Origin: Octopus sinensis
Lineage: Eukaryota
Assembly (NCBI RefSeq): GCF_006345805.1
Contig: NC_043000.1
Span: 104,656,001-104,720,000 of the forward strand
Length of the DNA stretch: 64,000 bases
Direction of reading: 5' to 3'
Shown here piece after piece: positions 37,647 through 51,895 of this stretch; position 1 is the first letter of the stretch, and each line of letters starts with the position of its first letter. A program made the translations under genes and the position numbers. A model generated the notes under the pieces. The model worked only from the letters and a program-made list of their open reading frames with translations. It had not been told where the DNA came from and searched no databases.

Positions 37647-38060
37647 GGCGCAGGAGTGGCTGTGTGGTAAGTAGCTTGCTAACCAACCACATGGTTTCGG
37701 GTTCAGTCTCACTGCGTGGCATCTTGGGCAATTGTCTTCTGCTATAGCCTCGGGCCGACCAATGCCTTTTGAGTGGATTTGGTAGACGGAAACTGAAAGA
37801 AGCCTGTCGTATATATGTATATATATATATGTATGTGTATGTTTGTGTGTCTGTGTTTGTCCCCCTAGCATTGCTTGACAACCGATGCTGGTGTGTTTAC
37901 GTCCCCGTCACTTAGCGGTTCGGCAAAAAGAGACCGATAGAATAAGTACTGGGCTTACAAAGAATAAGTCCCGGGTCGATTTGCTCGACTAAAGGCGGTG
38001 CTCCAGCATGGCCGCAGTCAAATGACTGAAACAAGTAAAAGAGTAAAAGAGTAAAGAGTA
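37647..38060 (+). mobile_element. tRNA-derived SINE family B, full length
   Basis: Begins GGCGCAGGAGTGGCTGTGTGG, ends (GTAAAAGA)n, and is inserted within (TA)n. Confidence 0.92.
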
Positions 38061-38378
38061 TATATATATATATATAATATATATATACATATGTATACAC
38101 ATACACATATACACACACATATACATATATATATATAGTATATATATAATATATATACATATATATACTATATATATATATAATATTATATATTATATAA
38201 TATATAATATATATAATATATAATATATAATATATATTATATATATTATATATTATACAGACGACCGGACAATATACATCAGTCGCTACTTTTTAGCTGC
38301 GAGCACCCTTGATAAAACTACTCAATTCACCCATTAATCAGAAGATGAAATGTTACCTCCATCAAGAATCTCTCTGGC

Positions 38379-38486
38379 ATTATTTAATCTCTTGTCTACA
38401 TCCTCCGTTTTATTATTTAATCTCTTGTCTACATCCTCCGTTTTATTATTTAATCTCTTGTCTACATCCTCCGTTTTATTATTTAT
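38379..38486. repeat. 33-bp minisatellite, 3 perfect copies
   Basis: Unit TTATTTAATCTCTTGTCTACATCCTCCGTTTTA. Confidence 0.95.
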
Positions 38487-40169
38487 TTTGTGCAGATTTC
38501 CTCATTTAATACTAAATATAACTATTTCACTGAGTTAATTGAATAAAGTTGTTTGCTATCTCCACGCCTTTGATTCTGTCAACATTCTTACAATCCAATA
38601 AAGTTACGTATGATAGTTACACGTTTCTGACGATTTGACAGTAAGTCTTGTTTGCTTAATTTATATTACATGACTAATAATCAATCTTGTATTAATGTAT
38701 GTGAAGATAATGTAACTAAATATCTTTTCAAGATTGTCATGTCTTATCTTTCATATATACATGCATGCACGCAGACATATATATGCATGCATATATGTAT
38801 GTACGTATGTATGTATGTATGTATGTATGTATGTATGCATGTATGTATGTATGTATGTATGTATGTATGCATGTATGCATGTATGTATGTATGTATGTAT
38901 GTATGTATGTATGTATGTATGTATGCATGCATACGTGTTTCATTTAAGACTACGAATTCCATAAAAGGCATGAAAATCACAGTATCTGCCCCTTTTCCTT
39001 GTTCACAGTCCACGTTCTTGAGGGAAATATTTGACCTGGACTTTAAATGAATGACTAACCCTAATCTAGAACGGCATGCAAATATTATGGGCACACTGTT
39101 TCTTCTACTCCAATGCCTTGTTCTCTTCAAAAAAAGGAAAAAAAAAAGAAAGGCTAGTGTCTATTTATTCAATGAGAATAAGTGAGGCAGATGATTGGCA
39201 CAATCAGTTGATTATATCGGACGACAACATGAAATCACTTGCTGTGCTTGTTTCGACACTTTATGTTTTGAGTTCAAATCTCACTGAGAAACATTTTTGC
39301 TTTTAATTCTTCTGGAGTCAATAAAATGAAGTACCAGTCAGGTACTAGAGGTGATTTAATCGACTGCTCCGACTCCCCAAATTTCTGGATCTTCCGCTTA
39401 TGTTAGAATTTTATCATAATGAGTGCAAGAACGGTAGATTGTCAGAATCGTTGAAGTGTCGGAAAATGCCTCGTTCCAATTCTTTACGTTCTGAGTTTTT
39501 AAATTCTTAGTATAGTAGAAAGGTTGTGTCCATAATCCTTCATAGGGCCGCAGCGACCAGTGTGAAGGAGGAAGAGGAAAGAAGTTATCATCAGACCGGA
39601 GAACTGGTCCAAATGATTGCGACTGAGTGGGCTCCACTAAAGGAACCCACGGTGCCAGGTGGTGGTATTGAACAGGCGACGAATTAAATCAACTACCCAA
39701 TTAGGGCACGGCGCATTTGAATTCAGAACGGGAAGGGTAGGAAAAAATGCCGCAAGTTTTTACAGTTTCAATAATCCATTGCACTCGTTTGGTACTTTTT
39801 TATCACCCACAAAAGAACGAAAGGTAAAGTTGACTCAGAGCGTTGAGATAGTGATCTGCGGGAGATTTGACTGCTGATACTAGTAGGCTGAGCGCAGCAT
39901 AGAGGTATCTTCTTATGTATGTATGTAAACAAATATGTATATGTGGCATATGTGTGTATGAGTGTCTGTGTCCTCATTGTAAATTGCTGTGTCGAGTTGC
40001 TATTTCTAGCAACTCTGCTTGATTCTGCTCCATTCACGAAAGACATCTAAAGACCAGGTGTTGTTAATCCCAGGCCAATTTTAATTGAGTAAATTTTAAT
40101 TAGTCACACTCCAGCTGTGACTAATCCACCCTTTATTCATACACACGTTTCTCGTACTACAATACGTTC

Positions 40170-40800
40170 ATCGTTGGCTCAGTTTCCTCACTGGCTTAGA
40201 TTCCTTTAATAATTCAAACCTGCTAAGTTGATTCATAACTTCGTGTTGTTCTAAGTTCCCTCGTTTGTCTCAACTTCCCTTTTGAATCAAGTACCGCTCA
40301 TTTGTTCAAAATATCTTGCAGTAATTTGTTCATTGAAGAGCTCGAACGAATGAGAGGTGCTTGAGTCAAAGTAAGAGCATCTTGAGTCAAAACGAGGGGC
40401 TATTGACTTAAACTCATTCAAACTCCTCACAGTCGTTCAAGTTTCTTATTAGTAAAAGCTTCTCCCATTCGTTCATGTTGCCTCTTATCAGCTCAAATTA
40501 TCTTGTTGTTCAAGTCTCCCCCGTTGACTCAGTCTCTTTTCCTTAGTTCAGACTCGCTCGCTCGCTCTGTACCTATCACTGGATTAATTACTATCGTTGG
40601 CTCAATATCACTCAATCACTCAATCATCTTCGTCAACTGAAGCTCCTCTCATTGGCTCACTTTCCCTTGTTGGCTTTGTGATTAGCATAAGCTCTCTCGT
40701 TGGCTTTTAAGTTCTCATCACTGGCTTAACCTCCTTTCTGGGCTCAAACTCTCATCGCTGGCTCAAGTTCCACCTCATTGCCTCAAGCGCCGCCGTTGCC
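40170..40800. repeat. Ancient degenerate ~20-bp minisatellite with an inverted internal block
   Basis: Recurrent TC(G/A)(T/C)TGGCTCAAG(T/C)TCYC motif. At about 40343-40398 the motif appears as its reverse complement (..GCTTGAGTCAAA..TCTTGAGTCAAAACGAGGGG). Confidence 0.65.
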
Positions 40801-41296
40801 CCGGGCTACTTGGCGATGAGTTAGTCTTTTTTTTAACTTCGCTTATGATTAGAAGGCCCTTAGAAAAAGATGAACAGCACAGTGTTACACCACCACCATT
40901 TCACACACTCATACTTCACCTCCATCCTGTTATTTACCTTCAGTTTTAAATTCAGGGACTCGGTGCCAAGTAAATAATTAGAACAACAACAACAACAGCA
41001 ACGGAAGCAAACACCAATATCGATTTAATTATTTGTTTACTCGTGCTTATTTCTGCTTTTAAGTCTTGTATTTGTTTATTTGCTTCTTCGTGTATTCATT
41101 GATGTTTTATGCATAGCAATACATACACATATATATTTGCATTTGCATATGCATATACATGTAGACATACGTAGACATGGATACACATATACACAGAAAC
41201 AAATACCTATATGATCACACAATCACACACACAAATACATATGCACAAACTCACTGGCAAGCGTGCGCACGCACACACACACACACAAATACACAC

Positions 41297-41334
<38 letters not shown>

Positions 41335-41585
41335 GATACACACGTACTCCTCACTTCATCTCATTCCTTCCCTTTAACTCTTTTTATTTCTCTTTCCCTT
41401 TATACATACTCACACGTATATGCATTCATATAAGATTGTATGTACATATATATGAGCATGTGACCATATATATTTGTGTGTGTGAGTGTATATATATATA
41501 TATATATATATATCATATATACTATGTATATATATATATATATATAATATATACTATATATATAAATATTTGTGTATATATATAT

Positions 41586-41619
<34 letters not shown>

Positions 41620-41655
41620 TATATATATATATATATAATATATATATATATATAA

Positions 41656-41783
41656 ATATTTATGTATATATATATATATATATCTTTGTGTATACACACA
41701 CACACACACACACATATATGTATATATGTATGTATGGTTGTATACATGTATGTATATATTACGTATGTATGTATGTATGTATG

Positions 41784-41814
<31 letters not shown>

Positions 41815-41941
41815 TGTTGCGCGTGTGTGAGAATGTGTGGTTTCATAGATCGAAAATTCCATATTTGTTAACCGGCACACTTTTACGTTAAGTTTATTTC
41901 TCGCCTATCTTCAGCTCTTACAATTACTCTCTCTCTGTCCT

Positions 41942-41974
<33 letters not shown>

Positions 41975-42557
41975 TACACACACACACCATATATATATAT
42001 ATATATATATACTCTCTTACACATGCCCTCCCTCTCGTTCTTTGTCTCTCACTCACTCACGTACACGCTACCTCACACATTTTTCTTTACTTCTCTCTTC
42101 CCTCTCTTTGCATATTTCTTTCTTTCTACTGTTCCTCTTTCTATCTATGTGGATTAATCTAGTGTTTTTTTCACGAACATGCCAATGTGATAAAACTGAT
42201 GTCAGACAAATTCACAACATATACAAACAGACAGACACACACACAGGTACGTATATCTGCTTAAACAAATTTCTTTTCGTGGTTTTCTATTTGTCATTCT
42301 TAGTCTTTCTGTTTATATATGAATGTATTTGTGTATGTGTCTGTATGTGAGTGAGTGTGCGCGCATGCGCATTTGTGTGTATATGTATGCGCGCGTGCAC
42401 ACACACGCGAAAGATATGCATGTAAATAAATAAATAAATATATATATATATATATATGTATGTAACTACGTACGTATGTATACATACTCCTGTGTGTGAG
42501 CGTGCGCACGTGCATGTATGTATATATATATATTGTTTAATTTCGTAAACCTTCCCG

Positions 42558-42598
<41 letters not shown>

Positions 42599-42875
42599 GT
42601 ATTATATATATATATATATCTTTGTGTATACACACACACACACACACATATATGTATATATGTATGTATGGTTGTATACATGTATGTATATATTTACGTA
42701 TGTATGTATGTATGTATGTATGTATGTATGTAGTATGTATGTATGTAATGTTGCGCGTGTGTGAGAATGTGTGGTTTCATAGATCGAAAATTCCATATTT
42801 GTTAACCGGCACACTTTTACGTTAAGTTTATTTCTCGCCTATCTTCAGCTCTTACAATTACTCTCTCTCTGTCCT

Positions 42876-42908
<33 letters not shown>

Positions 42909-43490
42909 TACACACACCACATATATATATATATATATATATATACTCTCTTACACATGCCCTCCCTCTCGTTCTTTGTCTCTCACTCACTCACGTACAC
43001 GCTACCTCACACATTTTTCTTTACTTCTCTCTTCCCTCTCTTTGCATATTTCTTTCTTTCTACTGTTCCTCTTTCTATCTATGTGGATTAATCTAGTGTT
43101 TTTTTCACGAACATGCCAATGTGATAAAACTGATGTCAGACAAATTCACAACATATACAAACAGACAGACACACACACAGGTACGTATATCTGCTTAAAC
43201 AAATTTCTTTTCGTGGTTTTCTATTTGTCATTCTTAGTCTTTCTGTTTATATATGAATGTATTTGTGTATGTGTCTGTATGTGAGTGAGTGTGCGCGCAT
43301 GCGCATTTGTGTGTATATGTATGCGCGCGTGCACACACACGCGAAAGATATGCATGTAAATAAATAAATAAATATATATATATATATATGTATGTAACTA
43401 CGTACGTATGTATACATACTCCTGTGTGTGAGCGTGCGCACGTGCATGTATGTATATATATATATTGTTTAATTTCGTAAACCTTCCCGT

Positions 43491-43525
<35 letters not shown>
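41656..43525. repeat. Near-identical ~934-bp tandem duplication bounded by (TA)n
   Basis: Identical 102-aa ORF translations at 42042 and 42976 (offset 934). Differences are essentially confined to microsatellite lengths. Confidence 0.93.
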
Positions 43526-43535
<10 letters not shown>

Positions 43536-44533
43536 TATATACATGAATATATGAGTGTACTAGATAGGTATCTACAACACACACACACGCATGCATGCAT
43601 GTATACATACATACATACATACATACATACATACATACATACATACATACATACATACATACATACATACATACACACATATGTATGTATGTATATATTT
43701 CTCTATATTTAATAACTCCGACGGTTTCTTGACGTCATTGATGACGTCAACAAACCGTTCTCACCACCGAACTGGCTAACACTAGAAATCGTGTCAAAGT
43801 TCAGATCCCCTAACTGTTCCAGCCTCTTTCTCTCTAGCGCTGTTGTTATTGTTGTTACAATTGGTTGATGATGATGATGGTGATGAAATTGGGGGGTGCT
43901 TTTGGTTGTTATGGTAGTGGTGATGGCGATACTCGTGTTATGGTGTGGATGATGATTAGGAGAAGGATAAATGATACTCGTGTTCTTATTGTTGTGTAGC
44001 CTTAAATCTACCTCAGTTGAGCACTTCTATGATCAAAGGTATTCCAACCATGACTATCTCGTCATTATTTTCCTAAGCCATTTTGGACTTCATTATTTAG
44101 TTTGTTCTTTCTTTTGAAAACTCTATGATGTAATTTGAGGGAGACTTGACTGCTATCTTTAATATTTGGAGCGACCACGTTCGGGCGTACTCGTTGGCTT
44201 GTTATTGTTGTTGTTAGTGGTGGGTGTTGTTATTGTTGTTGTTGTTTGATATAGTTATTGTAAGTGTTGTTGCTGGTCTTGTTCTTGGTGTTGATGTTGC
44301 TGGTGTCAGCGGTAGCGTTGTTTCTGTTAGTAATGTAGCTGTTATTGTTGTTGTTATTGTTGTTGACTACGGTTGTAGTGGTGGCGTTATTGACGTTGTT
44401 ATTGTTACAATTGTTGATCTCTGATTGTTGATTTTGACCATTGTTGAAATCATACTTCGTCGCCACTGTCATTGATATTATCATAGTCAATGATGTTGTT
44501 GCTATTGTTGTAGCAAAAATCGGTCATAATCTG

Positions 44534-44760
44534 TTTCTTTATTGCTCACAAGGGGCTAAACATAGAGGGGACAAACAAGGACAGACAAACGGATTAAGTC
44601 GATTACATCGACCCCAGTGCGTAACTGCTACTTAATTTATCGACCCCGAAAGGATGAAAGGCAAATTCGACATCGCCGGAATTTGAACTCAGAACGTAAC
44701 GGCAGACGAAATACGGCTACGCATTACGCCCGGCGTGCCAACGTTTCTGCCAACTCGCCG
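44534..44760 (-). mobile_element. SINE family A (tail type 1)
   Basis: Reverse complement of GGCGAG.TGGCAGAAACGTT..GAGTTCAAAT..GGGGTCGATAAATTAAG..TTTGTCCCCTCTATGTTTAGCCCC..AATAAAGAAA. Confidence 0.9.
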
Positions 44761-45139
44761 CTGTTATAATTGGACAAACCTCACATCTACGACATTATAA
44801 CTGCCTCAACTTGTCAAGAGTAGTGAATCGCGGATTATCGCTCATATTTCTACAAATCCACTGACCATATGGATCGCTCCGTCCCGCCCATCATGGTCTT
44901 CCTGTTGTTGACAATGTCGTTGTTGCTATTGCTGTTGTTGACACTAGTAATTATTAACATTGTCGTCGTCGTTATCATTGTTGTTGACACACTTGTTGCT
45001 ATTGACACTATACTCGTTGACTCTTTTGTTGTGATTAACATTATAGTTGCTAACACTCCTGTCGATACTACTGTTATTGTTGGCACTGTAATTGTTGTTA
45101 GCACAGTGGTTGCATTGTTGATATTGTCATTGTTGTTAA

Positions 45140-45580
45140 GGCGGCGAGCTGGCAGAAACGTTAGCATGCCGGGCAAAATGCTTAGCGGGTATTTCGTCTG
45201 TCTTTACGTTCTGAGTTCAAATTCAGCCGAGGTCGACTTTGCCTTTCATCCTTTCGGGGTCGATAAATTAAGTACCAGTTACGTACTGGGGTCGATCTAA
45301 TCGACTGGGCCCCTCCCCCCAAATTTCGGGCCTTGTGATTAGAGTAGAGAAGATACTGTCATTGTTGTTAAGGCGGTGTGCTGGCAGAAACGTTAGCACG
45401 CCGGGCAAAATGCTTAGCGGGTATTTCGTCTGTCTCTACATTCTGAGTTCAAATTCCGCCGAAGTCGACTTTACCATTCATCCTTTCGGGGTCGATAAAT
45501 TAAGTACCAGTTGAGTACTGGGGTCGATCTAATCGACTGGACCCCAAAATTCCCGGCCTTGTGCCTATAGTAGAAAAGGG
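45140..45580 (+). mobile_element. Two tandem SINE family A copies (tail type 2): 45140-45352 and 45371-45580
   Basis: Both have the head and central domain plus a ..CCAAA.TT.C.GGCCTTGTG...AGTAGA tail. They are separated and flanked by TA(T/C)TG(T/C)CATTGTTGTT repeats. Confidence 0.9.
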
Positions 45581-47047
45581 TATTGCCATTGTTGTTGTTT
45601 GATGGCAGCTACTGTTGAAGCCGTAGTTATTGCTGTTGACACCGTAGTTGTTGTTGTGAGTTGTTGGCACGTTACACTCGTTGTTGACTCTTGTTGATGT
45701 TGACACTGTCATTTGTTGTTATTGACTCTAAGAGTTATTGTTGTTTTTGTCATTGCCGTTATTGATTCTGTTGTTGACATTTTAGTTGTTGTTGTTGATG
45801 TTGACTAGTTTATGGAAATAGTTGTTGTTGACAGTATCGTTGTTGGGACTGTAGTTGTCCCTTAACACCGCAGTTGTTGACATGATAGTTGTTGTTATTG
45901 TTGTTGACACCATAGTTGTTGCAACTCTGGGTGTTGTTTTTTAATGTTGTTGTTTACCTTTACTTCCCAGCTGTTTTCCATGCAACTCATACTACTACCA
46001 CTGTTCCAATACACCTCCTACAACTATTCTAATGCCCCTCCTACCACTACTACTGTTGCTCAGCATTTCGTTGTTGTTGTTGCTGTTGTTGTTGTTGTTG
46101 TGGTGGTGGTGGTAGTAGCAATGGAGGTAGTGGAAGTGGCAGTAGTAACAGTATCGGTCGAGGCTGTGATGGTAGTGACTGTAGTGGAAGTACTGGTGGT
46201 AGAGACAGTGGCAGTGGTGGCAGTGTTGATAGAAGTGATTGTGGTAGTAATGATGGTAGTGGTAATACATGTGGTGGTAGGAATTTGTACCAGTTGTGAT
46301 GTTGGTGTGAATGATTGTAGCGGTATAGCGGTAGTGGTCGCTGTTGTGGTCGTGGGGCAAACTAGTAGTAGTAGTAGTAGTAGTTGTTGTTGTTGTGGTG
46401 GTGGTGGTGGTTGTGATCATAGTTGTAGTAATGCTAGTGGTGGTTGAAATAGGGACGGTAGCGGTGGCCGTGTGCAGGTGATAGTGGTGGTGGTGGTAGT
46501 AGTAGTGGTGGTGGTAGTGGTGGTGGTGGTGGTGGTGGTGGTGGTGGTGGTGGTGGTGGCGGCGGTGGAGACCGTGAGGTTTCTACCAGTGGAGTCAGTG
46601 AGCGCTGGCGATATTAGTGGCGGTTGTGGTGCTGGTGGTGGTTGTAGTTGTAGCGACGGTGCTTCTTGTTGTCGTTGTTGTTGTTGGTAATGGTGGTGGT
46701 GCATTCACTGATTCAATAAATACTTTTGCACCTATCAACCGCCGCCGCTCCTCTAATAACAGCTGCATCTGTTGTTGTAGCTGTTGTTGCAGCTGTTACC
46801 ATTATCACTCTACTTAGTGTAATTACAACCACTGCTACCATACTTGTGTATGTGCAATTGAAGAATTTGCAACTGCCACTGCTGCATTTCCGCCGTTAAT
46901 GCAACTTGCACTGTTATCATTGCATCTTCTGATGTTTTTGTTATTATTATTATTGTTCAACTGGTACTTATTTTATAGACCCTGAAAGGATGAAAAGAGG
47001 TCAACCATGGCCCTTTCATCCTTTTGGAGGCCAATAAAACAAGTACG

Positions 47048-47278
47048 TATTTCTTTACTACCCACAAGGGGCTAAACATAGAGTGGACAAACAAGGACAG
47101 ACAAAGGGATTAAGTCGATTACATCGACCCCAGTGCGCAACTGGTACTTATTTAATCGACCCCGAAAGGATGAAAGGCAAAGTCGACCTCGGCGGTATTT
47201 GAACTCACAACGTAACGGCAGACGAAATACCGCGAAGCATTTCGCCCGGCGTGCTAACGATTCTGCCAGCTCGCCGCC
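47048..47278 (-). mobile_element. Young SINE family A (tail type 1) nested in older SINE A remnants
   Basis: Full reverse-strand copy, with degenerate family A sequence on both sides (46955-47045, 47279-47380). Confidence 0.88.
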
Positions 47279-47849
47279 TGAGGTCAATAAAATAAGTACT
47301 GGTGAGCAACTGGATCGATGCAATCGACAAGCCCCTTCCAACAGAATGACCGGTCTTGTGCCTGTAATTGAAAGGATTATTATTATTATTGTTGGTGGCA
47401 ATCGCTACTATTGCATATATTCAAGAAGACGTGTTGTTATTGTTGAAAGTATTGCCTTTCCTTTATTGTTGTCGCTTTTGTCTTGTTGATGGTTTTTTTT
47501 TGCTTGCTCTTTTTCCATCCCAGATCAACTCTGGTGAGCTGATCTATGATCGAAGATCAAAGGTATCCTGTCCTCTTTTTGTTTTTTAAACATAAAAAAC
47601 CCAGATTAACGTTATCAAATGTTTTCCTTTTTTTTTTTTCTTAAACGGTAGCATGTTGTTTGAAGGAGATTGACTACGATTCCTAGCAGGTAGAGTGACC
47701 ACGTAGATGATGTTGTTGCTGTTAAGCCTCGCTACCAGAAATGCAGCTTCTATTAGCAAAACATTTCTCAGACAAAAGTACCCGTATTAATCCTAGTTAC
47801 CTTGTCTCTGTTATATCATTGTGTCTTAGGCCCAAATTTATCATTATCA

Positions 47850-47916
<67 letters not shown>

Positions 47917-47942
47917 CATTATTATTATCATTATTATCATCA

Positions 47943-48018
<76 letters not shown>

Positions 48019-48245
48019 CTTTTAGTCAAGGAAGAAGGCGATGCCCATGTCTCATTACAAGGCCTCCAAGATTATTGGGACGGATAGAGGAGGAAGGATA
48101 TTTTCAACTCAAAGACATGACACGAATGTTTGTAATAGAGTAAACTCTGCTAAAGTTACGCTAAATGTATCCAAGTACCAGATGATGGCACTAAACTGGC
48201 AATAGATTAAGTCTACTATTCAAGCAGGAGGGATTTAAGCTAAAA

Positions 48246-48557
48246 ACGTAACATGTTGCTGTGCTGTCTGTATTTGTTATTGTCGTTGTTTCGCCCCAGA
48301 TCATTCGTGATCGTACATGTCTATCAACGATCAAAAGCGTTTCAGCCGTGACTATATCTGTTAGATCTCCAAATCTAACAGACATGTTCGAAAGTACTCC
48401 AGCCATGAGCGTTTCGACTTTTACCTTGTGACAGTGTGTTCAAGAGCATACAATGCAATTTGTACTTCTTTTCTAAGACAACGGAGTGTGATTCGAGGGC
48501 AATTTTGACTGCTATTTGTATCAGCTAAGTGATTACGTACAAAGTCCCACACATCAC
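48246..48557 (+). repeat. 312-bp segment duplicated at 60666-60977 (5 substitutions by eye)
   Basis: ACGTAACATGTTGCTGTGC...AAAGTCCCACACATCAC is present at both sites, offset 12420. Confidence 0.95.
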
Positions 48558-49144
48558 TTTGATCCAGATGCGTTTAACCTTTGTAAAACTAATTGCTATC
48601 AATGCAGCCGTCTCTACTCTTGTTTACTTGTTCCTCTCATTAAACAGTCTCATCGTAATAGTATTGTTTAACCTTGCTGGCTGACAATCCTGTTATCTGC
48701 TACGACAACAACCCTCTATTTTTGATGTAGAGTTTGACTTTGAACCACAAACATTCATTTACCATCATTTTATCTAGTTACGCTCATTGCGTGTTAACAT
48801 GAACGATTCAATTACATATCCACAGGAGTTGTTTCACTAATCAGGATGTATGGAAAAATGTGCTTTCAATTTCTTTGTAACATTTGGTCATCTTACTTTC
48901 ACTCGTAGACGAGGTAAAAGTAATTTATGAGTTAAAGAAAAAATAATAACATTACAGAATCTTCACAGGAAAATGTGTTTACGAATGTGCATGCGTGTAT
49001 ATGTGCGTGAGTGTGTACACATATATACAAATCTTCACTTGCAGTCACGTGGTTCTGGGTTCGATCTCACAGCGTATCTTTTTTCGACGGTGCCATGTGC
49101 CTTTTGTGTGGATTTTTATGAACAGAAACCGTGCTGAAAAACCA

Positions 49145-49226
<82 letters not shown>

Positions 49227-49276
49227 TCACTCACTCACTCACACACACAGCGTACACACAGCGTATATATATATAA

Positions 49277-49499
49277 GGCGAGCTAGCAGAATCGTTAGCA
49301 CGCTGGGCGAAATGCTTAGCAGTATTTCGTCTGTCACTACATTCTGAGTTCAAATTCCGCCGAGGTCGACTTTGCCTTTCATCCTTTCGGGGTCGATTAA
49401 ATAAGTACCAGTTACACACTGGAGTCGATGTAATCGACTTAATCCCTTTGTCTGTCCTTGTTTGTCCCCTCTATGTTTAGCCCCCTGTGGGCAATAAAG

Positions 49500-49502
<3 letters not shown>
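49277..49502 (+). mobile_element. SINE family A (tail type 1)
   Basis: GGCGAGCTAGCAGAATCG...GGCAATAAAGATA, lying between TA tracts. Confidence 0.9.
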
Positions 49503-49565
<63 letters not shown>

Positions 49566-49639
49566 TGTGTGTGTGTGTGTATGTATATATATATGTTCTC
49601 TTCTGTTTTTAATCATTTAAATTCTTCCTTTGATGTAGG

Positions 49640-50760
49640 CAATCGTTTCTAACAAAAACAACGTTGCATTTTAAACTCGAGGGAAGTCTTGTATACTTTT
49701 ACTGTTCCACTTACATATTGTATCTATAACGTGCAAGCTAGTTGATTGATTTTCTCTGAAAATCCAAACATATCCAGATTGTCACTTAGGCATTTACTTA
49801 CAAAACCAAGTGAACCAATTACTATTTGTATAAATGAGAATTTATTATCTGGATACAGAAGCTGGAAGTTTCGAAGCAGTTGTCCATATTTATCCTCTTA
49901 CTCTTTGATTTTCAAAGAGATATTCTCACCAGTAGGACAGCAGATCTCCATGACGGTACATACTTTTACTTGTCTGTCTCTAACAACAGTTTCCGGCCTT
50001 TTATGCTTACACTTGACAGATATTTTGATGGGAAAGATCTACTAGTACTCCTTTTGTTGATGCTTGTGAATGTATTCAATAACAGAGGCACTATATATTT
50101 ATTCCAATATAATCATTTTGCCGAATGAGATTGTATATTGTTTTTGAGACAACGCTGTGTCGCATTGGGAAGTAATCACATGTGTGATGTCTGCCATAGA
50201 AGTACAACATAATCAACATTTTCGGTTGCATCTTGGAGCTCCAAGGGTTTCAATGTCTCTTATGCTTATTTGGTATTTCGTTGCAGAATCTTGAATTGCA
50301 AATGCGCATCCTTTGAAATGTGACATAGCGTTCACAATTCTAAGAGAGGCTGCGCTTCATGTCGATATTACTGTCTTCTTCAAGTCTTTGAGAAACATGT
50401 ACACGCATAATCCTTTTTTCTTTGGTACGCTGAGCGTTTCACATCTAGGCCTTCTTTGAGGTATGCTAGTCCGGCTGTTTTGGACTCGTATGGGAGATCA
50501 TCAGAAAAAGAATGCTTCCTGAGGAGCTTGTTGCCGATATGTTGGATATTGTTCTTTTCACTTTTTAGCTCTACGTTAATGTATTTATTTTGCTGTTGCT
50601 GTTTAACAAGTGCTGTCTGAGAAAGACTATATGACATTCGAAGGCTGTCTGCAGTGATCTCAAGCCTCTAGTTTCTTCAGCTCTTCTTACGAAGAGCCTG
50701 TCGTTGTATGTATATAAGCAAATATGGGAGGTCAGTTAGGAGAGAAAACAAGTAAAAGGA
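49640..50760 (-). mobile_element. R4/Dong-like LINE 3' fragment (zinc knuckle plus restriction-like endonuclease, degenerate)
   Basis: Minus-strand fragments SHFKGCAFAIQ, CNRKC*LC, KCKHKRPETVVRDRQVKVCTVMEICCP and EDKYGQLLRNFQLLYPDNKFSFIQIVIGSLGFV. Homologous to 62976-63190. Confidence 0.8.
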
Positions 50761-51451
50761 GTGAGTGTTTTCGAAAAAGTACGCATTTTTCATGCAGAAT
50801 TTAAGCGGCCTGCCCAAAAACACACCGTTGGTGTAGTGAATGAGGGAAGCTTGGTTTGCATTATCTGTGGATATGTAGGCTCATCAAGGGCTGGGTTAAT
50901 TAGTCGTCAGTAGAGCCAAGAGTGTAAAATATAAATTTGTCGGAGTGTACAACATTTTTGATAATCAGTGATGGTTTTCCACGGCCACGAGAGGACAGCC
51001 ATTATATATGTATGTGTATGTGTCTATGTATATATGTATGTTGTATGTATGTGCGTAAGTTTGTATGTAGGTGTGCGTGTGTATGTGTTATTGTATAGAT
51101 GTACAAACGAAAGAAAAGAGCGCGCACTACATCGTATAAAGTTTATATGCATTTGAGTTAACGATTTGTTGCAGGACCATATTACTTCAAGTTTTTACAG
51201 AAGTCAGAAACACATTTTCAATCGATTGAATTACTGCTTTTGAGCGACAAAGCTTTTACAGCTTCTAGGTAAGGTTGATTATCATTGGATGATAAGCAAA
51301 ACTCATTCTTGTTAGCCAATGCTAATGCGTTTTACCTCGAAGCCGTAAAAGCCTCGTTACTCAGAAGTAGGAATCCGAACAATCAGGAGTGCTTGTCTCA
51401 CTTTGAAAATTTCAATAATGTGTGTGTGTGCGTGTGCGCGCGCGCGCGCGT

Positions 51452-51512
<61 letters not shown>

Positions 51513-51559
51513 TTGTCTCTCTCTTTCTGTCTGTCTGTCTGTCTTCTGTCATTCTGTCT

Positions 51560-51651
<92 letters not shown>

Positions 51652-51664
51652 ATATATATATATT

Positions 51665-51895
51665 TCTGTCCCTGTTTCGTATACATTCGATCCTTCTTCC
51701 AAGAAATCTAATGCTCGTAGCTTAGTTTTTCCTTGGGGCTGGCCGGATTGGAGCGATCTCAAGATTAATCAGCCGAAATTGCTAGGATGATCCGGTTCTT
51801 GACTGAAGATTGAAGGCTTCGAATGTCCCGTCCGTGTTTTTTGTATCGTCTTCTAAATGTTTTACGTTCTTGTCTCAGTTTGTATTTTTCTACAT
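51665..51895 (+). mobile_element. PLE-type non-coding tail with decayed hammerhead-like motifs
   Basis: GGCTGG...TCAGCC-GAAA and CTGAAGA-TT-GAAG-G-CTTC-GAAT-GTC. The tail is similar to 20046-20150 (minus). Confidence 0.45.

Noticed and set aside
38379-38486. 33-bp repeats as a possible CRISPR array
   Set aside because: The units are contiguous with no spacers, the context is eukaryotic, and there are no cas genes.
44200-46950. Hydrophobic Val/Ile-rich ORFs resembling membrane proteins (e.g. 44869-45300, 45944-46447)
   Set aside because: They derive from a degenerate (GTT/GGT/AGT)n field and read through SINE insertions.
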